DNA of 64,000 nt from an uncultured virus (IMG/VR IMGVR_UViG_3300021131_000004) (IMGVR_UViG_3300021131_000004), one strand, 5' to 3'. Shown: positions 45,594-57,359, counted from the first letter of the stretch. The notes: generated from the sequence alone by a model not told the origin. Made by a program: numbers and translations.

Positions 45594-48500
45594 ATGGCCG
45601 GAGAGAAATTAATACCCCTCAAGTGTAATACCGATTTAGCGGCTCAGTACTTTCAGAAAGAGTATGCTCGGTATATCAAGAATTTATCCTCTTCCATAGG
45701 TGCAACAAATGAATACGATGGTATTGAAGAAGGGCAGAACCAAGGGGTTCAAAAGCCGCTGCAATCCAATGAAATATACACTATTGTAAATCTTCCACAA
45801 GGAGAAAATCATGTTATAGGTGCAAAAGGATTCCCTGAAGTAAATGAAGTTTATGTGTGGGTTCATAATAGTTTCGGTAATCACTGCATCTATCGATTGA
45901 ATGGAGATACTAGGACGGCAGAAATAGTTAAGATAGACCCTTGTTTTAATTTTAAGTTGCGTCCTGAGAATTTCGTTCATGAATGCGGAGCTGAGTTAAT
46001 TGTAATTTATCTGACAGATCCAGGAACCAATCAACAAGTAATAAAAAAGGATTTGTATTGGACAGATGGAGAAAATTATCAAGGATACATTAGGGTAGAT
46101 GACTGTATTGCAACAAACGGTTATGATCCGCTGAAATTTTCTTACTTCAAAGGGACTTATGATAGATGTGCTATGCTTAGAATGGGTATAGCTACTCCTA
46201 ATAAATGTATTTCTATAGCAGAAGTTCCACAAACATCTGCTGACGATGGGATGAATAATAATTTATTATTCAATGGATTTCAGTTCAGGGTAAAGTATAC
46301 TACTGTATTTGGTCAATCTAGTGAACATGGTATTATTAGCGATGTTTATTTTGCACAAATAAATGATTGCTTTTCATCAAGCAATAAGTTACCTAGGTGT
46401 TTAAATTTAATTTTTGATGCAGGTAATCCATTTATAGATACAATCGATGTAGAGTTTAGGTATGGTAATGAAACGCAATGGTATACTGCCTCAACATTAT
46501 TTTTATATCAAGGGAGCAATATTGGCAAGTGGTGGTTGAGACAAAGGAATCCAAATATAAATTATAATGGAACAGACAATACAATAACCTATAAATTCTG
46601 TCGTACTGAAGAGTGTAATATTGTTGATGTAAATGAAACAAATAGGGTAGAAAATCCTATGCCATTCCAGTCACAGGCTTTAATTCAGTTGAATAAAGCT
46701 TTGGCCTTATTGGGCAATAGATCTGGGTTTAATAAGTTTCAAAATGATTTGTTAGATAGCATAAAAATAAATGTTGTTCCTCCAAGCACTACTTCAAATT
46801 CTAATAGGACTATAACTATACTTGTTCCAATTTACAACGAAGTACAAAATTATTTTAGTGCTGTCAATAAGGACGGTACGTTAGGATATACGTATGGAGG
46901 TTATACTGGATACAATAATCCGTATCAGCAGCATTTTAAAAATATTCAGCAAAGTGGATTTGGTGGTTACTTAGTAGGTACCGGAGGATTTGCTATTAGT
47001 ACACAGGTTGTTAAAGACTCTAATGGTAATCTTATTGACGATCCTGCATTCACCGCTAATGCACAAGGGTATGGGTCTGGCGGTGGCGTTCAATCTTTTC
47101 AAAAATTTGTATTTACTAATGTGCCACCTGCTATTTATACATTTAGATTATTTTCTAATCTAGTTGACCCTACAGTAAGTAGTAATTTTGAAGAGACAAG
47201 CACAACTGTTTATGGCCAATGCCCTTTCAATGGAACATCATTATCTGTTACGGGCACATCAAGAACGCCAGTGCAAGAGTTGGTGATAGATGTATGTGCA
47301 GGTGATTACAACACATTAAATGATGATAAGTGTTTAGTTGTTTTAGACGTATCTGGAAATGGAAGCGAAAAAGTTACTGCCGGATATATTTATGAATCAA
47401 AAATTAATGGGTATGATCAAAATCCAGTAGAATTGATGTCTGTTAATTCTTTACATGGAAATACTTCTTTAATAACTGATCATAATGGGTTCTATTACTA
47501 TTATACAGAAGGGACAGGTAGAACTTTTACTTTTAGTTTTGCATATAAATGTGGGATAGGTCAATTTTTTGTTGGAGAAGGTGGTGTTGGTATTACATTT
47601 ACTAATCAGTTTCTTGATGAAATAAATGGAAGAATTTATGCTGATTATTTAACAACAGTTTGTAATAGAGCTTATGTAAAGGGAAGAATTATTTTATCAG
47701 ATAAAAACATAGGTATACCAAATGTAACAGTGATGCTTACAAGGGGGAGAAGTGCTATTACTGATGACAATGGGTACTTCTCAATCGAGGCACATGATTA
47801 TATTGTTAATGGAGTTGCCGAGAATAGAGTAGATGAAGTTATTGTAACAAATGGAGTGTGCCAATATACCGCTGTTAATGGTGGATGTATCCCAGAAGTT
47901 TCTGTTACAATAATTCCATGTACTACTTGCGGAAATAGAGATGTTACAATCGCTGATATACTTGCATTATATAATAACCAAAAAGGATTACTTAGTGGTG
48001 GTAATTATGGGGTGTGCATGTTTGGATACGACTGGATGGGCCGTAGAACTTATGCAGAACCTATTGGGTATGCATCTATTCAATCTATAATTCAAAGTAA
48101 GGCTATAGGTGTTTCTCAAGTAGGTATAACAATACCTCCATCTGCAATATTTGACCCTAACATAGAATATATTACGTTTGGTATTACAGCAGAGACTACA
48201 ATAGCAGATTATCTTACATGGATTGTAGATAGATTTCAATTCATAGATGACTCAGGAAATATAAATAATGCAGCACCTACACAGATAAAAATATACTACG
48301 CTTCTTTAAATGAATATAACAAGCAGCATAATTTTAGTACGACAACTTCATGGCAATTTATTCCAACGGGAGCCAATACTCCAACTACAGGAGATAAAGT
48401 TTATTTTTATGTAAATGGTGATGGAACTTTCTTCGATAAAACAATAATTGGATTAGTTAAGTATGATCAATCAGGTCAATACTTTTTAATTGACTATACT

Positions 48501-50078
48501 AGCGATTTAGCCGCATTAAAATCTAATGCGATGATAAGACTTGTCAGACCAAAAATTTGTACTGGTAATGAGCCTTATTTTGAACTTTGTGATAGTCGTA
48601 TCGATATTGTCAACAGAAAAGCTACTAAACAATCAATTGTATTAAATGCTTATGATACATATTACCTATCTAGGCAAATACCTGTCCCTACGCCACTAAA
48701 CACTACACCACAAACAACTACAGTGACAACGACAACAACAGTTGGCACTACGGTAACTTCTGTGGCTTCTACTTCTGATAATGTTACTACTGTTAATGAG
48801 CCAAGAATATTTGGGTTCAGATTTGAACATCATAGTGTAAGTAATTTTTGGGGTTATAAAATATGGAACCAGGGAAGAGTAGGCGTAAAAAATCCATACG
48901 AGGCAGTTATTGATAATGTTAATCAAATTGCATTATCCGGTGCTCTTTCTGTAAATGGTCAATTAAATTATTTATCATATTTCGATGATTCATTAAAGGT
49001 TGATTTCGACATACCTGATATGGGCGGTATTATAGGTGCATTTGCTTCACTTGGAAGTATTCATATTATTTGTCAATACGACACTTTCTTGGTAGGGTAT
49101 AATGACGATATCGCTAGAATAAATTCACAAGGCCAGGTAGTTGTTCCAAGTGGTAAAAATGTATTTGGTAGTCCACAAGAAACAATGGGAGCTTATGGAT
49201 GTCAATTAACGGATAAAAATTCTCTCAGTAAATCCAATGAGTACATATTTTTCGTAGATACGAATAAGTCCGAGTTTGTTAGGTATAGAGGGGCACAATT
49301 TAAGTCTCTTACTAGAGATGAGACACAAATGATGGATGGCATTACTAAAGGTCAGTGTGATGCATGGTTTAGAGCTAAGTGTAAACAAGTGCAGTCTGAT
49401 CCGAATAGATATTTTTTAAGTTGGATTGATTCAGTAACTAATAAAGTTTTATTAAGTGACTTCTCTTTGTCAGATAATAGCTATATTAATATTGAGAGAA
49501 TGTATAATCCAAAAGTCAGTGAAACCGTATCATTTGATATGGACTCAGGAGACTTGAAATTGTGGCATTCATTTACGCCAGAGATGGGAGCTAATCTTAA
49601 TGGAGATTTATTATCTCGCCAGATGTTTACTTTTAAAAATGGCGTTCCTTGGTCTCACTACAATATAAACAACAATAATTCGTATAATAATTTCTATGGG
49701 GTACAGTGTGAAAGAGTGTTTAAAATAATAGCAAATAATAATCCTTTTAAGAAAAAGAAATTCTTGAATATGTCGGTTTACTGTAAGCAATCGCTTTATT
49801 TCTGTGATGTTATAAGAACTGAAGTAGGACAAAAGAGCAGAATCCTTCTGAATAATTTTACTCAAGCAGAATACTTTTCTTTTGCCCCATTCATGTGTGA
49901 TTTAAATACGATTAACGATAGTGGTATTCCTAGTGATAAAAATAATTTATTCGAGGGTAATACCTTATATGGATCATACATAGAAATCTCTTTAATTGGA
50001 GACCCTAAGAATGATAATAATTACTCTGAATTATTTGGTGTCGTTGTCGAATCATTTGATACAGAAAAAACAGGTTAG
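45594..50078 (+). CDS. Tail stabilization/muzzle protein (crAss-like)
   Basis: LYWTDG.N, FQFR..Y...GQ.S, G..Y.V....YD..GR, YGC, W.SFTPE, YNNFYGVQ. Confidence 0.7.
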   Translation: MAGEKLIPLKCNTDLAAQYFQKEYARYIKNLSSSIGATNEYDGIEEGQNQGVQKPLQSNEIYTIVNLPQGENHVIGAKGFPEVNEVYVWVHNSFGNHCIYRLNGDTRTAEIVKIDPCFNFKLRPENFVHECGAELIVIYLTDPGTNQQVIKKDLYWTDGENYQGYIRVDDCIATNGYDPLKFSYFKGTYDRCAMLRMGIATPNKCISIAEVPQTSADDGMNNNLLFNGFQFRVKYTTVFGQSSEHGIISDVYFAQINDCFSSSNKLPRCLNLIFDAGNPFIDTIDVEFRYGNETQWYTASTLFLYQGSNIGKWWLRQRNPNINYNGTDNTITYKFCRTEECNIVDVNETNRVENPMPFQSQALIQLNKALALLGNRSGFNKFQNDLLDSIKINVVPPSTTSNSNRTITILVPIYNEVQNYFSAVNKDGTLGYTYGGYTGYNNPYQQHFKNIQQSGFGGYLVGTGGFAISTQVVKDSNGNLIDDPAFTANAQGYGSGGGVQSFQKFVFTNVPPAIYTFRLFSNLVDPTVSSNFEETSTTVYGQCPFNGTSLSVTGTSRTPVQELVIDVCAGDYNTLNDDKCLVVLDVSGNGSEKVTAGYIYESKINGYDQNPVELMSVNSLHGNTSLITDHNGFYYYYTEGTGRTFTFSFAYKCGIGQFFVGEGGVGITFTNQFLDEINGRIYADYLTTVCNRAYVKGRIILSDKNIGIPNVTVMLTRGRSAITDDNGYFSIEAHDYIVNGVAENRVDEVIVTNGVCQYTAVNGGCIPEVSVTIIPCTTCGNRDVTIADILALYNNQKGLLSGGNYGVCMFGYDWMGRRTYAEPIGYASIQSIIQSKAIGVSQVGITIPPSAIFDPNIEYITFGITAETTIADYLTWIVDRFQFIDDSGNINNAAPTQIKIYYASLNEYNKQHNFSTTTSWQFIPTGANTPTTGDKVYFYVNGDGTFFDKTIIGLVKYDQSGQYFLIDYTSDLAALKSNAMIRLVRPKICTGNEPYFELCDSRIDIVNRKATKQSIVLNAYDTYYLSRQIPVPTPLNTTPQTTTVTTTTTVGTTVTSVASTSDNVTTVNEPRIFGFRFEHHSVSNFWGYKIWNQGRVGVKNPYEAVIDNVNQIALSGALSVNGQLNYLSYFDDSLKVDFDIPDMGGIIGAFASLGSIHIICQYDTFLVGYNDDIARINSQGQVVVPSGKNVFGSPQETMGAYGCQLTDKNSLSKSNEYIFFVDTNKSEFVRYRGAQFKSLTRDETQMMDGITKGQCDAWFRAKCKQVQSDPNRYFLSWIDSVTNKVLLSDFSLSDNSYINIERMYNPKVSETVSFDMDSGDLKLWHSFTPEMGANLNGDLLSRQMFTFKNGVPWSHYNINNNNSYNNFYGVQCERVFKIIANNNPFKKKKFLNMSVYCKQSLYFCDVIRTEVGQKSRILLNNFTQAEYFSFAPFMCDLNTINDSGIPSDKNNLFEGNTLYGSYIEISLIGDPKNDNNYSELFGVVVESFDTEKTG

Positions 50079-50827
50079 ACTGCTCCTATATATCTTCTTT
50101 CGCAAACTCGGTATTCTTTATTATTGAATTCAATAGTAGTGTTTACCGCATTGCTTTTTATATACGGTTTAGATCCTGTAGGCATACTCAACGATGGATG
50201 AGAATACGCTATAGTATACTGAAGATATTTAATCTGGTGAAGCTGAGAACTTAAACGCATTTGTTCTGCCTCTTTTTTTTGAACTACTCTTACAATTTCT
50301 GGTGTTATCTGTTGTTTAGTAAGATTTAAGATATCATTTTTAATTTGCTCTAGTTTCATTTGAATCTCTTCAGGAGTCTGATGCCATTCAGCTAATAGAA
50401 TTCCTTCTGGTGTTTCTTCCGACTTAGGTTTGATAACATCCATTTCTAGAAATAAAAATTCTGGATGTGGTATTATTTTTTCGCCATCCCATACGCCATA
50501 GGTTTGGTTATTCTGACCATTCCATTCCTGGGATGTTACATTGTAATAATGATTCTTTTCGTCTTCATAAACTAGAAATCTTTTTGTCTTTTCAAGACTA
50601 GATACACTTCCTTGTGTGAAGTGATGCACGATTAATACATCTCCAACTTTTGCTTCGGGGAAATTAGTAGCAGCACCTTCGCTGATTGCTTCTATAATGC
50701 CGCATTGTGTATTCCGGGTCATCCAAACAAATGCAGGATGCAGGTATATGCCATCAATCTTTTCAGAACGGTCTTTTTCTTCTTGTTTAGGTACTCGGAT
50801 AAGGAAATTTGGAGACAGTGGTTTCAT
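50075..50827 (-). CDS. GroES-like protein (divergent, extended)
   Basis: MKPLSPNFLIRV...GIYL....G.IEA......KVGD.LIVHHF; second GroES-like half (TPEGILL...EF.NKEYRV). Confidence 0.55.
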   Translation of the reverse strand: MKPLSPNFLIRVPKQEEKDRSEKIDGIYLHPAFVWMTRNTQCGIIEAISEGAATNFPEAKVGDVLIVHHFTQGSVSSLEKTKRFLVYEDEKNHYYNVTSQEWNGQNNQTYGVWDGEKIIPHPEFLFLEMDVIKPKSEETPEGILLAEWHQTPEEIQMKLEQIKNDILNLTKQQITPEIVRVVQKKEAEQMRLSSQLHQIKYLQYTIAYSHPSLSMPTGSKPYIKSNAVNTTIEFNNKEYRVCERRYIGAV

Positions 50828-50888
50828 AGCGATACAAATTATTTTTAAATTCACCAAAAATAACTGAAATTTACCAAAAATACCTACA

Positions 50889-53324
50889 ATGATTAGTGAA
50901 TCATCGGAATTATACAAACAGGTCGATCCTAGTAAAAAAGACGCTAGATGGATCAATGAATCCGTTTCAATCATACGCAGAGACTGGCGGCAGATGGTAG
51001 ACACAACAAGAATGCGAGAAAATAAAGAAATTTTATTCTCTGCACAGTCAATGAAAAAAACCAAAGAGTTATTTAAAGATAAGAAATTTTTAAAAGAAAC
51101 TGAATTTATTCCATTAGGAATCTGGAATCGAATAGTCAATACTATTGTCGAAGAGTTAATGGAAGATGGCCCTAAAGCAGAGTTGAAGGCTACAGATCCT
51201 GCGGCAGTCAGTGAGAAGGAAGAAGATATATTTAGGTTAGTAAATAAAAAACATCTTGAATCTGCTATTAATCAGAATAGAGCAGCGATAGGTATGCCTA
51301 AGTATTCACTCCCAAGTAAAGAGTTTAATGGCAATGTAGATGAGTTCGGGAAAATGGGCCTTGATGAAAATGATCCGGACGATATTAATTTTTACACCAA
51401 CAGTGGATTTCAACGCTTAAAGTGGGAGATAGCAGGTCAGTCGTTAATAGATAGCGTTTCTAGGGTAAATAAATTTGAGAGTAGGTATATGCGTAAGATG
51501 GTCATAGATATTCTTGCCGCTATGGTTTTATGCTTCCAGGTTTATGTTGATGAGATTACAGGTGAAATAAAATGGAAATATATTTATCCTGAAGAGGCAT
51601 ACGGAATATTTGGTGAAGAAGAAGATGGCAGCGATGATATTGCAAAGGGATGGGAGCGTCAATTAACGCTAAGAGAGTTTCTTGGATTTGTTGGGAATGA
51701 ATTTAATTTTGAAAGAGATTGGTATAATTTATTGTGGGCATTAAACTATGCGAACACAAGAAAATTCACAGGGTTTATTCGTAATGGTATTACCTATAAT
51801 TGCCAGGATAATCCTGAATGGTCAAATAGATTAGGAATACAAAATGAAAGGGCACAATTACTTGACTTTAACTTAGCGTATACTTACAAGGTTTATACAG
51901 GATATATCGAGTGGGTTTCTATGGATGCGACAGCTACATATCCGATGTCCCCTAATGGAGATTTACTTCCTGAGCCAATGAGTTACGATGCTGCTTTAGA
52001 TAAAATAAAAGAGAGGGAAGGGTATCAAAAAGAATCTTTTTATCAGGAACAAATGTATAAGACATATTACCTTGCTACAAGTAATACGTCTCAATGGATT
52101 TATAAGCCTGGTAAGCTTTATTACCAACAACTAGAAGGAGCATTTGATGAATATGCAAAAGGAACACTTCTTTATCATCGTTTAGAGGGCACTTCTCCGG
52201 CAGATATTTCTAAAACAGATATTCAGTTTGCTAATGACCTTTATTACAAAATGAAGTGGGTTGTGTATCACGCTAAGCCAGAGAAAGAGCAGTATGTTAT
52301 TCCTGAGTTAATCAAGGTAGCAAAAACACTTCAAAGACAGTATCAGCAAACAGATAAAACTGCTGCACCATCCATTGATAGCATCTTAAATAATCTGATA
52401 AAATATCAGCATGAGAACTTTATTCAATTGAGGGATTATCCTGAGATAGAGGGTAAAGCTTATCCTGTATTGACACCTACAGATGGTCCTAGGAAGGGGT
52501 TAGACCCACTAGCTATTGCATTTCAATCTATAGAAGATTGGGCAGAGCAAAGAGTGGCACAGAAAGTAGGTTTTAATGATATGCGATTCGGTCAGCAAGA
52601 GAATGCTAGGCAGGGTTATAAGCAGGGAATGTTGGAGACGCAGAACTCTATTAAATCCACAGGATACATCTATAGGATGGTCCAAAAAATCAAAGAAGAT
52701 ATTTGTACAACAACACTTACCTATTCACAGGATATTATTCGATTTAAAGATACTATACCATATAAATGGCTAGTAAAATTAATTGGAGACGGGCATGTTG
52801 ATACACTTAAAATATTAGACAAATTTGCAGCACATAGATTGGCAATATTTGTTAGCGATTATAATTCCAAGCAAGAGAAACAAAGACTATTACAAGCCGC
52901 TGACTTAGCACTTGACAAGGGTGATGGAAGAGGTGGTATTAGTATAAGCGAGTGGGCACTTGTTACACAGACTGAAGATTATAAACGTGGATTACAAATA
53001 CTTGATTTCTTGAAGCGGAAAGAGACTAAGAAAAAACGTAAGGAAGCTATTGAAGATCAGAAACGTCAACAGGATCATGAGAAGCAAATGCAAGATATGG
53101 CTGCGAAGAGAGACCAGATGAATTCCGAGAATAAGATGAAGGAGCTTGGTATACCTGCAAAAGCAAGTGTTACAGTGGCACAGATTAATAAAGAGGCCAA
53201 GCTTGAGACAAAAGAATTATCTAATCAGCATGAGCCAGAGAAACAAGGGTATAAGGCTGAGTCGGAAAAACAAATTCTTGATAAGAAAGCTGAGTTAGAA
53301 AGTCAGAAAGCCTTTAGCGAGTAG
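50889..53324 (+). CDS. Portal protein
   Basis: 811 aa, P..I...IVN.IV, A.DP.A, C-terminal coiled coil; upstream of scaffold and capsid genes. Confidence 0.75.
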   Translation: MISESSELYKQVDPSKKDARWINESVSIIRRDWRQMVDTTRMRENKEILFSAQSMKKTKELFKDKKFLKETEFIPLGIWNRIVNTIVEELMEDGPKAELKATDPAAVSEKEEDIFRLVNKKHLESAINQNRAAIGMPKYSLPSKEFNGNVDEFGKMGLDENDPDDINFYTNSGFQRLKWEIAGQSLIDSVSRVNKFESRYMRKMVIDILAAMVLCFQVYVDEITGEIKWKYIYPEEAYGIFGEEEDGSDDIAKGWERQLTLREFLGFVGNEFNFERDWYNLLWALNYANTRKFTGFIRNGITYNCQDNPEWSNRLGIQNERAQLLDFNLAYTYKVYTGYIEWVSMDATATYPMSPNGDLLPEPMSYDAALDKIKEREGYQKESFYQEQMYKTYYLATSNTSQWIYKPGKLYYQQLEGAFDEYAKGTLLYHRLEGTSPADISKTDIQFANDLYYKMKWVVYHAKPEKEQYVIPELIKVAKTLQRQYQQTDKTAAPSIDSILNNLIKYQHENFIQLRDYPEIEGKAYPVLTPTDGPRKGLDPLAIAFQSIEDWAEQRVAQKVGFNDMRFGQQENARQGYKQGMLETQNSIKSTGYIYRMVQKIKEDICTTTLTYSQDIIRFKDTIPYKWLVKLIGDGHVDTLKILDKFAAHRLAIFVSDYNSKQEKQRLLQAADLALDKGDGRGGISISEWALVTQTEDYKRGLQILDFLKRKETKKKRKEAIEDQKRQQDHEKQMQDMAAKRDQMNSENKMKELGIPAKASVTVAQINKEAKLETKELSNQHEPEKQGYKAESEKQILDKKAELESQKAFSE

Positions 53325-53604
53325 AATTCCTTTTTACAATACTTGAACCATTATTAGAGGGGACACTTAAAAGTCCTCTCTTTATTTTTACATCCTTCTT
53401 GTCTTTATGAACAACCACATCGATGTCTTTGCAAGTTTCACAAGGCTTACCAGAGTACGCTAAAACTTTTGGTATTGACAATCCTGTAGATTCCGAGGCA
53501 TCTATTATTCTCTTAAAGTTAGCGATGCCCATTTTTATTATAACTCGATTACAGTGTCTAATGTTGACTCCTTTATAAACTTCAACTATAGGATTTTTTT
53601 CCAT
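53314..53604 (-). CDS. Small hypothetical protein with CxxC
   Basis: 96 aa; TATCTTTG box at 53627..53634 upstream on minus strand. Confidence 0.65.
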   Translation of the reverse strand: MEKNPIVEVYKGVNIRHCNRVIIKMGIANFKRIIDASESTGLSIPKVLAYSGKPCETCKDIDVVVHKDKKDVKIKRGLLSVPSNNGSSIVKRNSTR

Positions 53605-53702
53605 AAACTAAAAATGATTGGTTGCCCAAAGATAATAATTATACAGTTAATATTTTTTAGTATCCATAATTATTAGTCAATTTGGGTATAGAAAAATTCT
53701 TT

Positions 53703-54869
53703 ATGCCAAAAAGCAAAGCAGAGATTGATCAGATAAACGTACTGAGAACTCAAATGGGGGAAGCACTTCTTCCTTATGAGGACGAAGATACTGTAGCTGC
53801 TGCTAAAGCTGCTGCTGATGCCGCTGCTGCGGAAGAAGAGGCTAAAAGAAAGGCTGCTACAGTTGAAGCCGCAGGTACAGAAAAAGAACCTGTTATTAAA
53901 TTGGGTGTTAAAGGTGCAACTGTTGAAAATACAGAAGGCAAACCAAATGCCGGTGCCGGTAATGAAGATGATATCGATGACGATAAATTAAAAAAGGCAC
54001 TTGCAAAAAAATTAGGTATTGCTGTTGAAGATGTTGATGCTTACCTAAAACCAAAAGAAACGGTTCTTACCGATGACGATAAAATAAAATTGAAAGAAGA
54101 AAGAGAAAATAAAAAAATCGCTTTTGCACTTCAATCAGGTAAGATTACAAAAAAAGAAATTGATTCTTATGTTGCCGATACTAACGACTTAGAAAAAGTT
54201 GTTTATAATCATTACAAGGCACAACAACTTGAAATAGATCCAGACCTTACAGTAGAAGAAATCGAAGCCGCTTTCGAAGAGAAATACGGTTTAACTTACG
54301 ATAAAGAATCTAGGCAATTTAAAGCCGGTCAAAAAGATTTAAGCTTTATTGCTGAATCAATCATAAAACAAAAACACGCAAATTACCTGTCAATCGACAA
54401 TGAGTTCAATGCTCATGAAGAGTCGGAAGCAACTGCACAAAAAACTATCCAAGAAATTTCAGCTAAAACACCTCAATTCAGAAAAGATATTGATGATGTG
54501 AAAGCGGAATTGAAAACTCTCAAGATTAACCTGGCTAATAACGAATCATACAGCATTCAGTTGGATGATGAACTGTTAGACAGCTACACTCAAAAAATGC
54601 TCACTCCAGAGTACGCTAAGAAAGTGATTTCTCAAGGGTACACAAAAGACGGTATCAGGGATACTATCAAGTTCGCAGTAATTGCGGATAATTTAGATAG
54701 TATTATCCAAGGTGTTGTCAATGCAGACAGATTGAAAAATCAAGCTGGTCTGAGAGGTGTGTTGCCAGAAAGAAAATTCTTGAGAGAAAAAGAATTAACC
54801 GAAGAAGCTAAAAAGAACAAAGAAAAACTTCGTGAAACTCTTGGAATGACACAAGCAAGTGCTAATTAA
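53703..54869 (+). CDS. Putative scaffolding protein
   Basis: Acidic, helical, immediately before the major capsid gene; ATG 53703 preferred to TTG 53682. Confidence 0.65.
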   Translation: MPKSKAEIDQINVLRTQMGEALLPYEDEDTVAAAKAAADAAAAEEEAKRKAATVEAAGTEKEPVIKLGVKGATVENTEGKPNAGAGNEDDIDDDKLKKALAKKLGIAVEDVDAYLKPKETVLTDDDKIKLKEERENKKIAFALQSGKITKKEIDSYVADTNDLEKVVYNHYKAQQLEIDPDLTVEEIEAAFEEKYGLTYDKESRQFKAGQKDLSFIAESIIKQKHANYLSIDNEFNAHEESEATAQKTIQEISAKTPQFRKDIDDVKAELKTLKINLANNESYSIQLDDELLDSYTQKMLTPEYAKKVISQGYTKDGIRDTIKFAVIADNLDSIIQGVVNADRLKNQAGLRGVLPERKFLREKELTEEAKKNKEKLRETLGMTQASAN

Positions 54870-54895
54870 TATTTATAATATAAAAAGACAGATAA

Positions 54896-56398
54896 ATGGC
54901 AACACCAATATTCAGTAACGCACCAAAATTTACCCAAAAACCAATTTCGGTTGACGGTATTTTGAATTTACCTAAGTTTGACGTAATCGCTCAGACTGAT
55001 CCAGAAATCAATAACGTGGCTCAGTGGTTGGGTACTGACTCCTTAGAAAGCACCACTTGGGTTAAAAATGTTGTTCATGAGTTGATCCATGTTGGAGGTA
55101 AAAAAATTGATTTGAACTTCTTCTTTGATATGTTCTATACTCAGGAACACCTGGTACAGACAAAGAGATTGTTCAACCATTATATCACAGATCCAGACTT
55201 GAACGTGTATGCTGCTGCTACCAGAACTGGTACCGGCACTTTGACATTCCAAGTGTTGAAGCAAAATCACCTTCAAGGTGGTGCATATAGCTATCCTGCA
55301 CAAGGATACATTTTGATGGATAAGGATAATATGAACTGGTACTACATCCGTAGTGTCGATAAGAGTACTCCTTATGCACACAAGGTGACAATTGAATCAT
55401 CAGTGAGTCAAACGACTCCTATTACCATTAATGCAAACACTGCATACTTGGTATTACCTGCTAACTTAGTAGGTGGTTACAGTTGTCCTACATTTATCAA
55501 CGATGCAATGAGCATTGGTTACTCTCAACAAGTAAACTTCCTACGTTTACGTAGAGATGCTGATGTGTCAATTGATTTATTAAGAGGCTACCGTGACAGG
55601 TTCCAATATGCAGTAATCTATGATAAAGAGGGTAATCCTTATGATGCATGGGATTTCTATTTAGCTCAAGAGGCTAGATTGGATTTGCGTATGGCCTTTA
55701 ACGTGCTTTCATTCATTGGCTCTCCAGTTACCAACACAGACTTGACAACAGGTTTGAATGCGGTAATTGACCAAGACCACGTTGGATACTATGGTTTGAT
55801 TCCTTCTATCAAGTATGGTGGTGGTATCTTAAAACCATTTGCATCTTCTGTAGGTTGGGATTGGGAAAGTGATTTTGAACCTGTTGCTTTGTATCAGGAT
55901 TCATTAAAGCGTACAACAGAATTTACGGCTATCGTTGGTCAGCAATTGTTGATGAACATGGATTACCGTTCAAATAAAATGGTTGCTCGTACACAAGTAG
56001 GTGCAACAGTATTCGAAGCGTACAAACGCTTAGGAGTAAATGATGTTACTGGTTTGCAAAAATTAGGCATCAGTTCTTATGACTATCGTGGATTCATGGT
56101 GGATCTGAAGAAATTCGATTCATTGAGTGACCATAGATTCATCGGTTCTGATCAATGGAGCAATTCAATGACAATGATTCCTGCAAGTGGATGTTCTGAA
56201 AAAGGCCGTGAAATCAGCCCAATCGAATTCTACCAATACGGACAAAATGGATGGACCGGAGACTACGAAGAGTTCTACCGTGACATGCGTAAGATTAACG
56301 GTTGTGAAGAAGTTCAAGTTCAGTGTGCTCAATCACTTTCTATGAAGGTGCATTGCCCTCAACTGTTTGTCTTCTGTCAAGGAGTTGCTGACGCATAA
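54896..56398 (+). CDS. Major capsid protein
   Basis: 500 aa; visibly biased high-expression codons (TTC, AAC, CGT); G.YGLIP.I..GG motif; position after portal and scaffold. Confidence 0.75.
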   Translation: MATPIFSNAPKFTQKPISVDGILNLPKFDVIAQTDPEINNVAQWLGTDSLESTTWVKNVVHELIHVGGKKIDLNFFFDMFYTQEHLVQTKRLFNHYITDPDLNVYAAATRTGTGTLTFQVLKQNHLQGGAYSYPAQGYILMDKDNMNWYYIRSVDKSTPYAHKVTIESSVSQTTPITINANTAYLVLPANLVGGYSCPTFINDAMSIGYSQQVNFLRLRRDADVSIDLLRGYRDRFQYAVIYDKEGNPYDAWDFYLAQEARLDLRMAFNVLSFIGSPVTNTDLTTGLNAVIDQDHVGYYGLIPSIKYGGGILKPFASSVGWDWESDFEPVALYQDSLKRTTEFTAIVGQQLLMNMDYRSNKMVARTQVGATVFEAYKRLGVNDVTGLQKLGISSYDYRGFMVDLKKFDSLSDHRFIGSDQWSNSMTMIPASGCSEKGREISPIEFYQYGQNGWTGDYEEFYRDMRKINGCEEVQVQCAQSLSMKVHCPQLFVFCQGVADA

Positions 56399-56441
56399 TA
56401 AAACTCAACTGCAATTACCATAAAACAAAAAAAGTAATCAA

Positions 56442-57359
56442 ATGGCACACCAAGAAGAAGTTCCAGTAATGTATATCGAATTGACGGATCAGCAAGACAG
56501 CGGATACCGTAGAGACGATACTGTTGGAACACCTTATGAAGAAAAAATAACCTGCCCAGGTGTAGAATTTATTCCTAATGTAGGTAAAAGAGCCGAACCC
56601 ATCCGAGATAAAGATGGGATTGAAACAGGCAGATTTTCTTTTGTTCCGATTAGATACATCAAAGGATGTGACATAATCGATGTGCCATTACAAGATAAAC
56701 TAGGTTGGAAGCCTAATGCGATTCCGCAAGAAGATGCTATTCAGATTCTGAAGGGTAAGACTCTTGTTAGAAGAGAAGGTGATACTGCTTTATTTGATTA
56801 CTTAGAAAAAGTGTTTTATAATATCAGTGCTCCTAATCGTTCACCAAGAGCAAAAGGTTTGTATAAGGTTGTTGAAATCGAAAAGCAAACTGAAGTCCTT
56901 AATGAAAAAGATTTCATGGCAGCAGATGCTGTTATGTATGTGAGAAGTCTGTTATTGCCTACAGGTAAAAACACGTATAAGTATAGAGAAGATAAAATCG
57001 ACAACATTCTAACTATTTTAGGTTTGTATGGTGGCGATAATTATCCTGATAAAATAAAAGTTCTTACACATGCTGCAAAAAACAGTCCTGAGAATTTCTT
57101 AAAACTTGTTGTTAAAGCTGATGATGTAACAATCACAGAGGTAACACATGCATTAGAACTTGATGTTATTGCTATCAATGGCACTACTATCGAGTATGTA
57201 GATGATAAAAAAGTTTTAGCGAATTTAAGTGATGTAAAGGGTGGTAAGGATAAAAAGATTGCAGCTTTTGCAGAATTATTGAGAACTCCTGAGTACGCTC
57301 AGGCTTATCAAGAAATGAAAGTAAGGGTTGAATTGGCACAAGAAAATTCTTTAAAATAA
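56442..57359 (+). CDS. Conserved head-associated protein following the capsid gene
   Basis: IRY..G...I....Q motif and gene position as in crAss-like phages. Confidence 0.55.
   Translation: MAHQEEVPVMYIELTDQQDSGYRRDDTVGTPYEEKITCPGVEFIPNVGKRAEPIRDKDGIETGRFSFVPIRYIKGCDIIDVPLQDKLGWKPNAIPQEDAIQILKGKTLVRREGDTALFDYLEKVFYNISAPNRSPRAKGLYKVVEIEKQTEVLNEKDFMAADAVMYVRSLLLPTGKNTYKYREDKIDNILTILGLYGGDNYPDKIKVLTHAAKNSPENFLKLVVKADDVTITEVTHALELDVIAINGTTIEYVDDKKVLANLSDVKGGKDKKIAAFAELLRTPEYAQAYQEMKVRVELAQENSLK

Noticed and set aside
50828..51139. N-terminal extension of ORF 50075..51139 in the track
   Set aside because: It is antisense to the portal gene start; ATG at 50827 gives a GroES-like N-terminus
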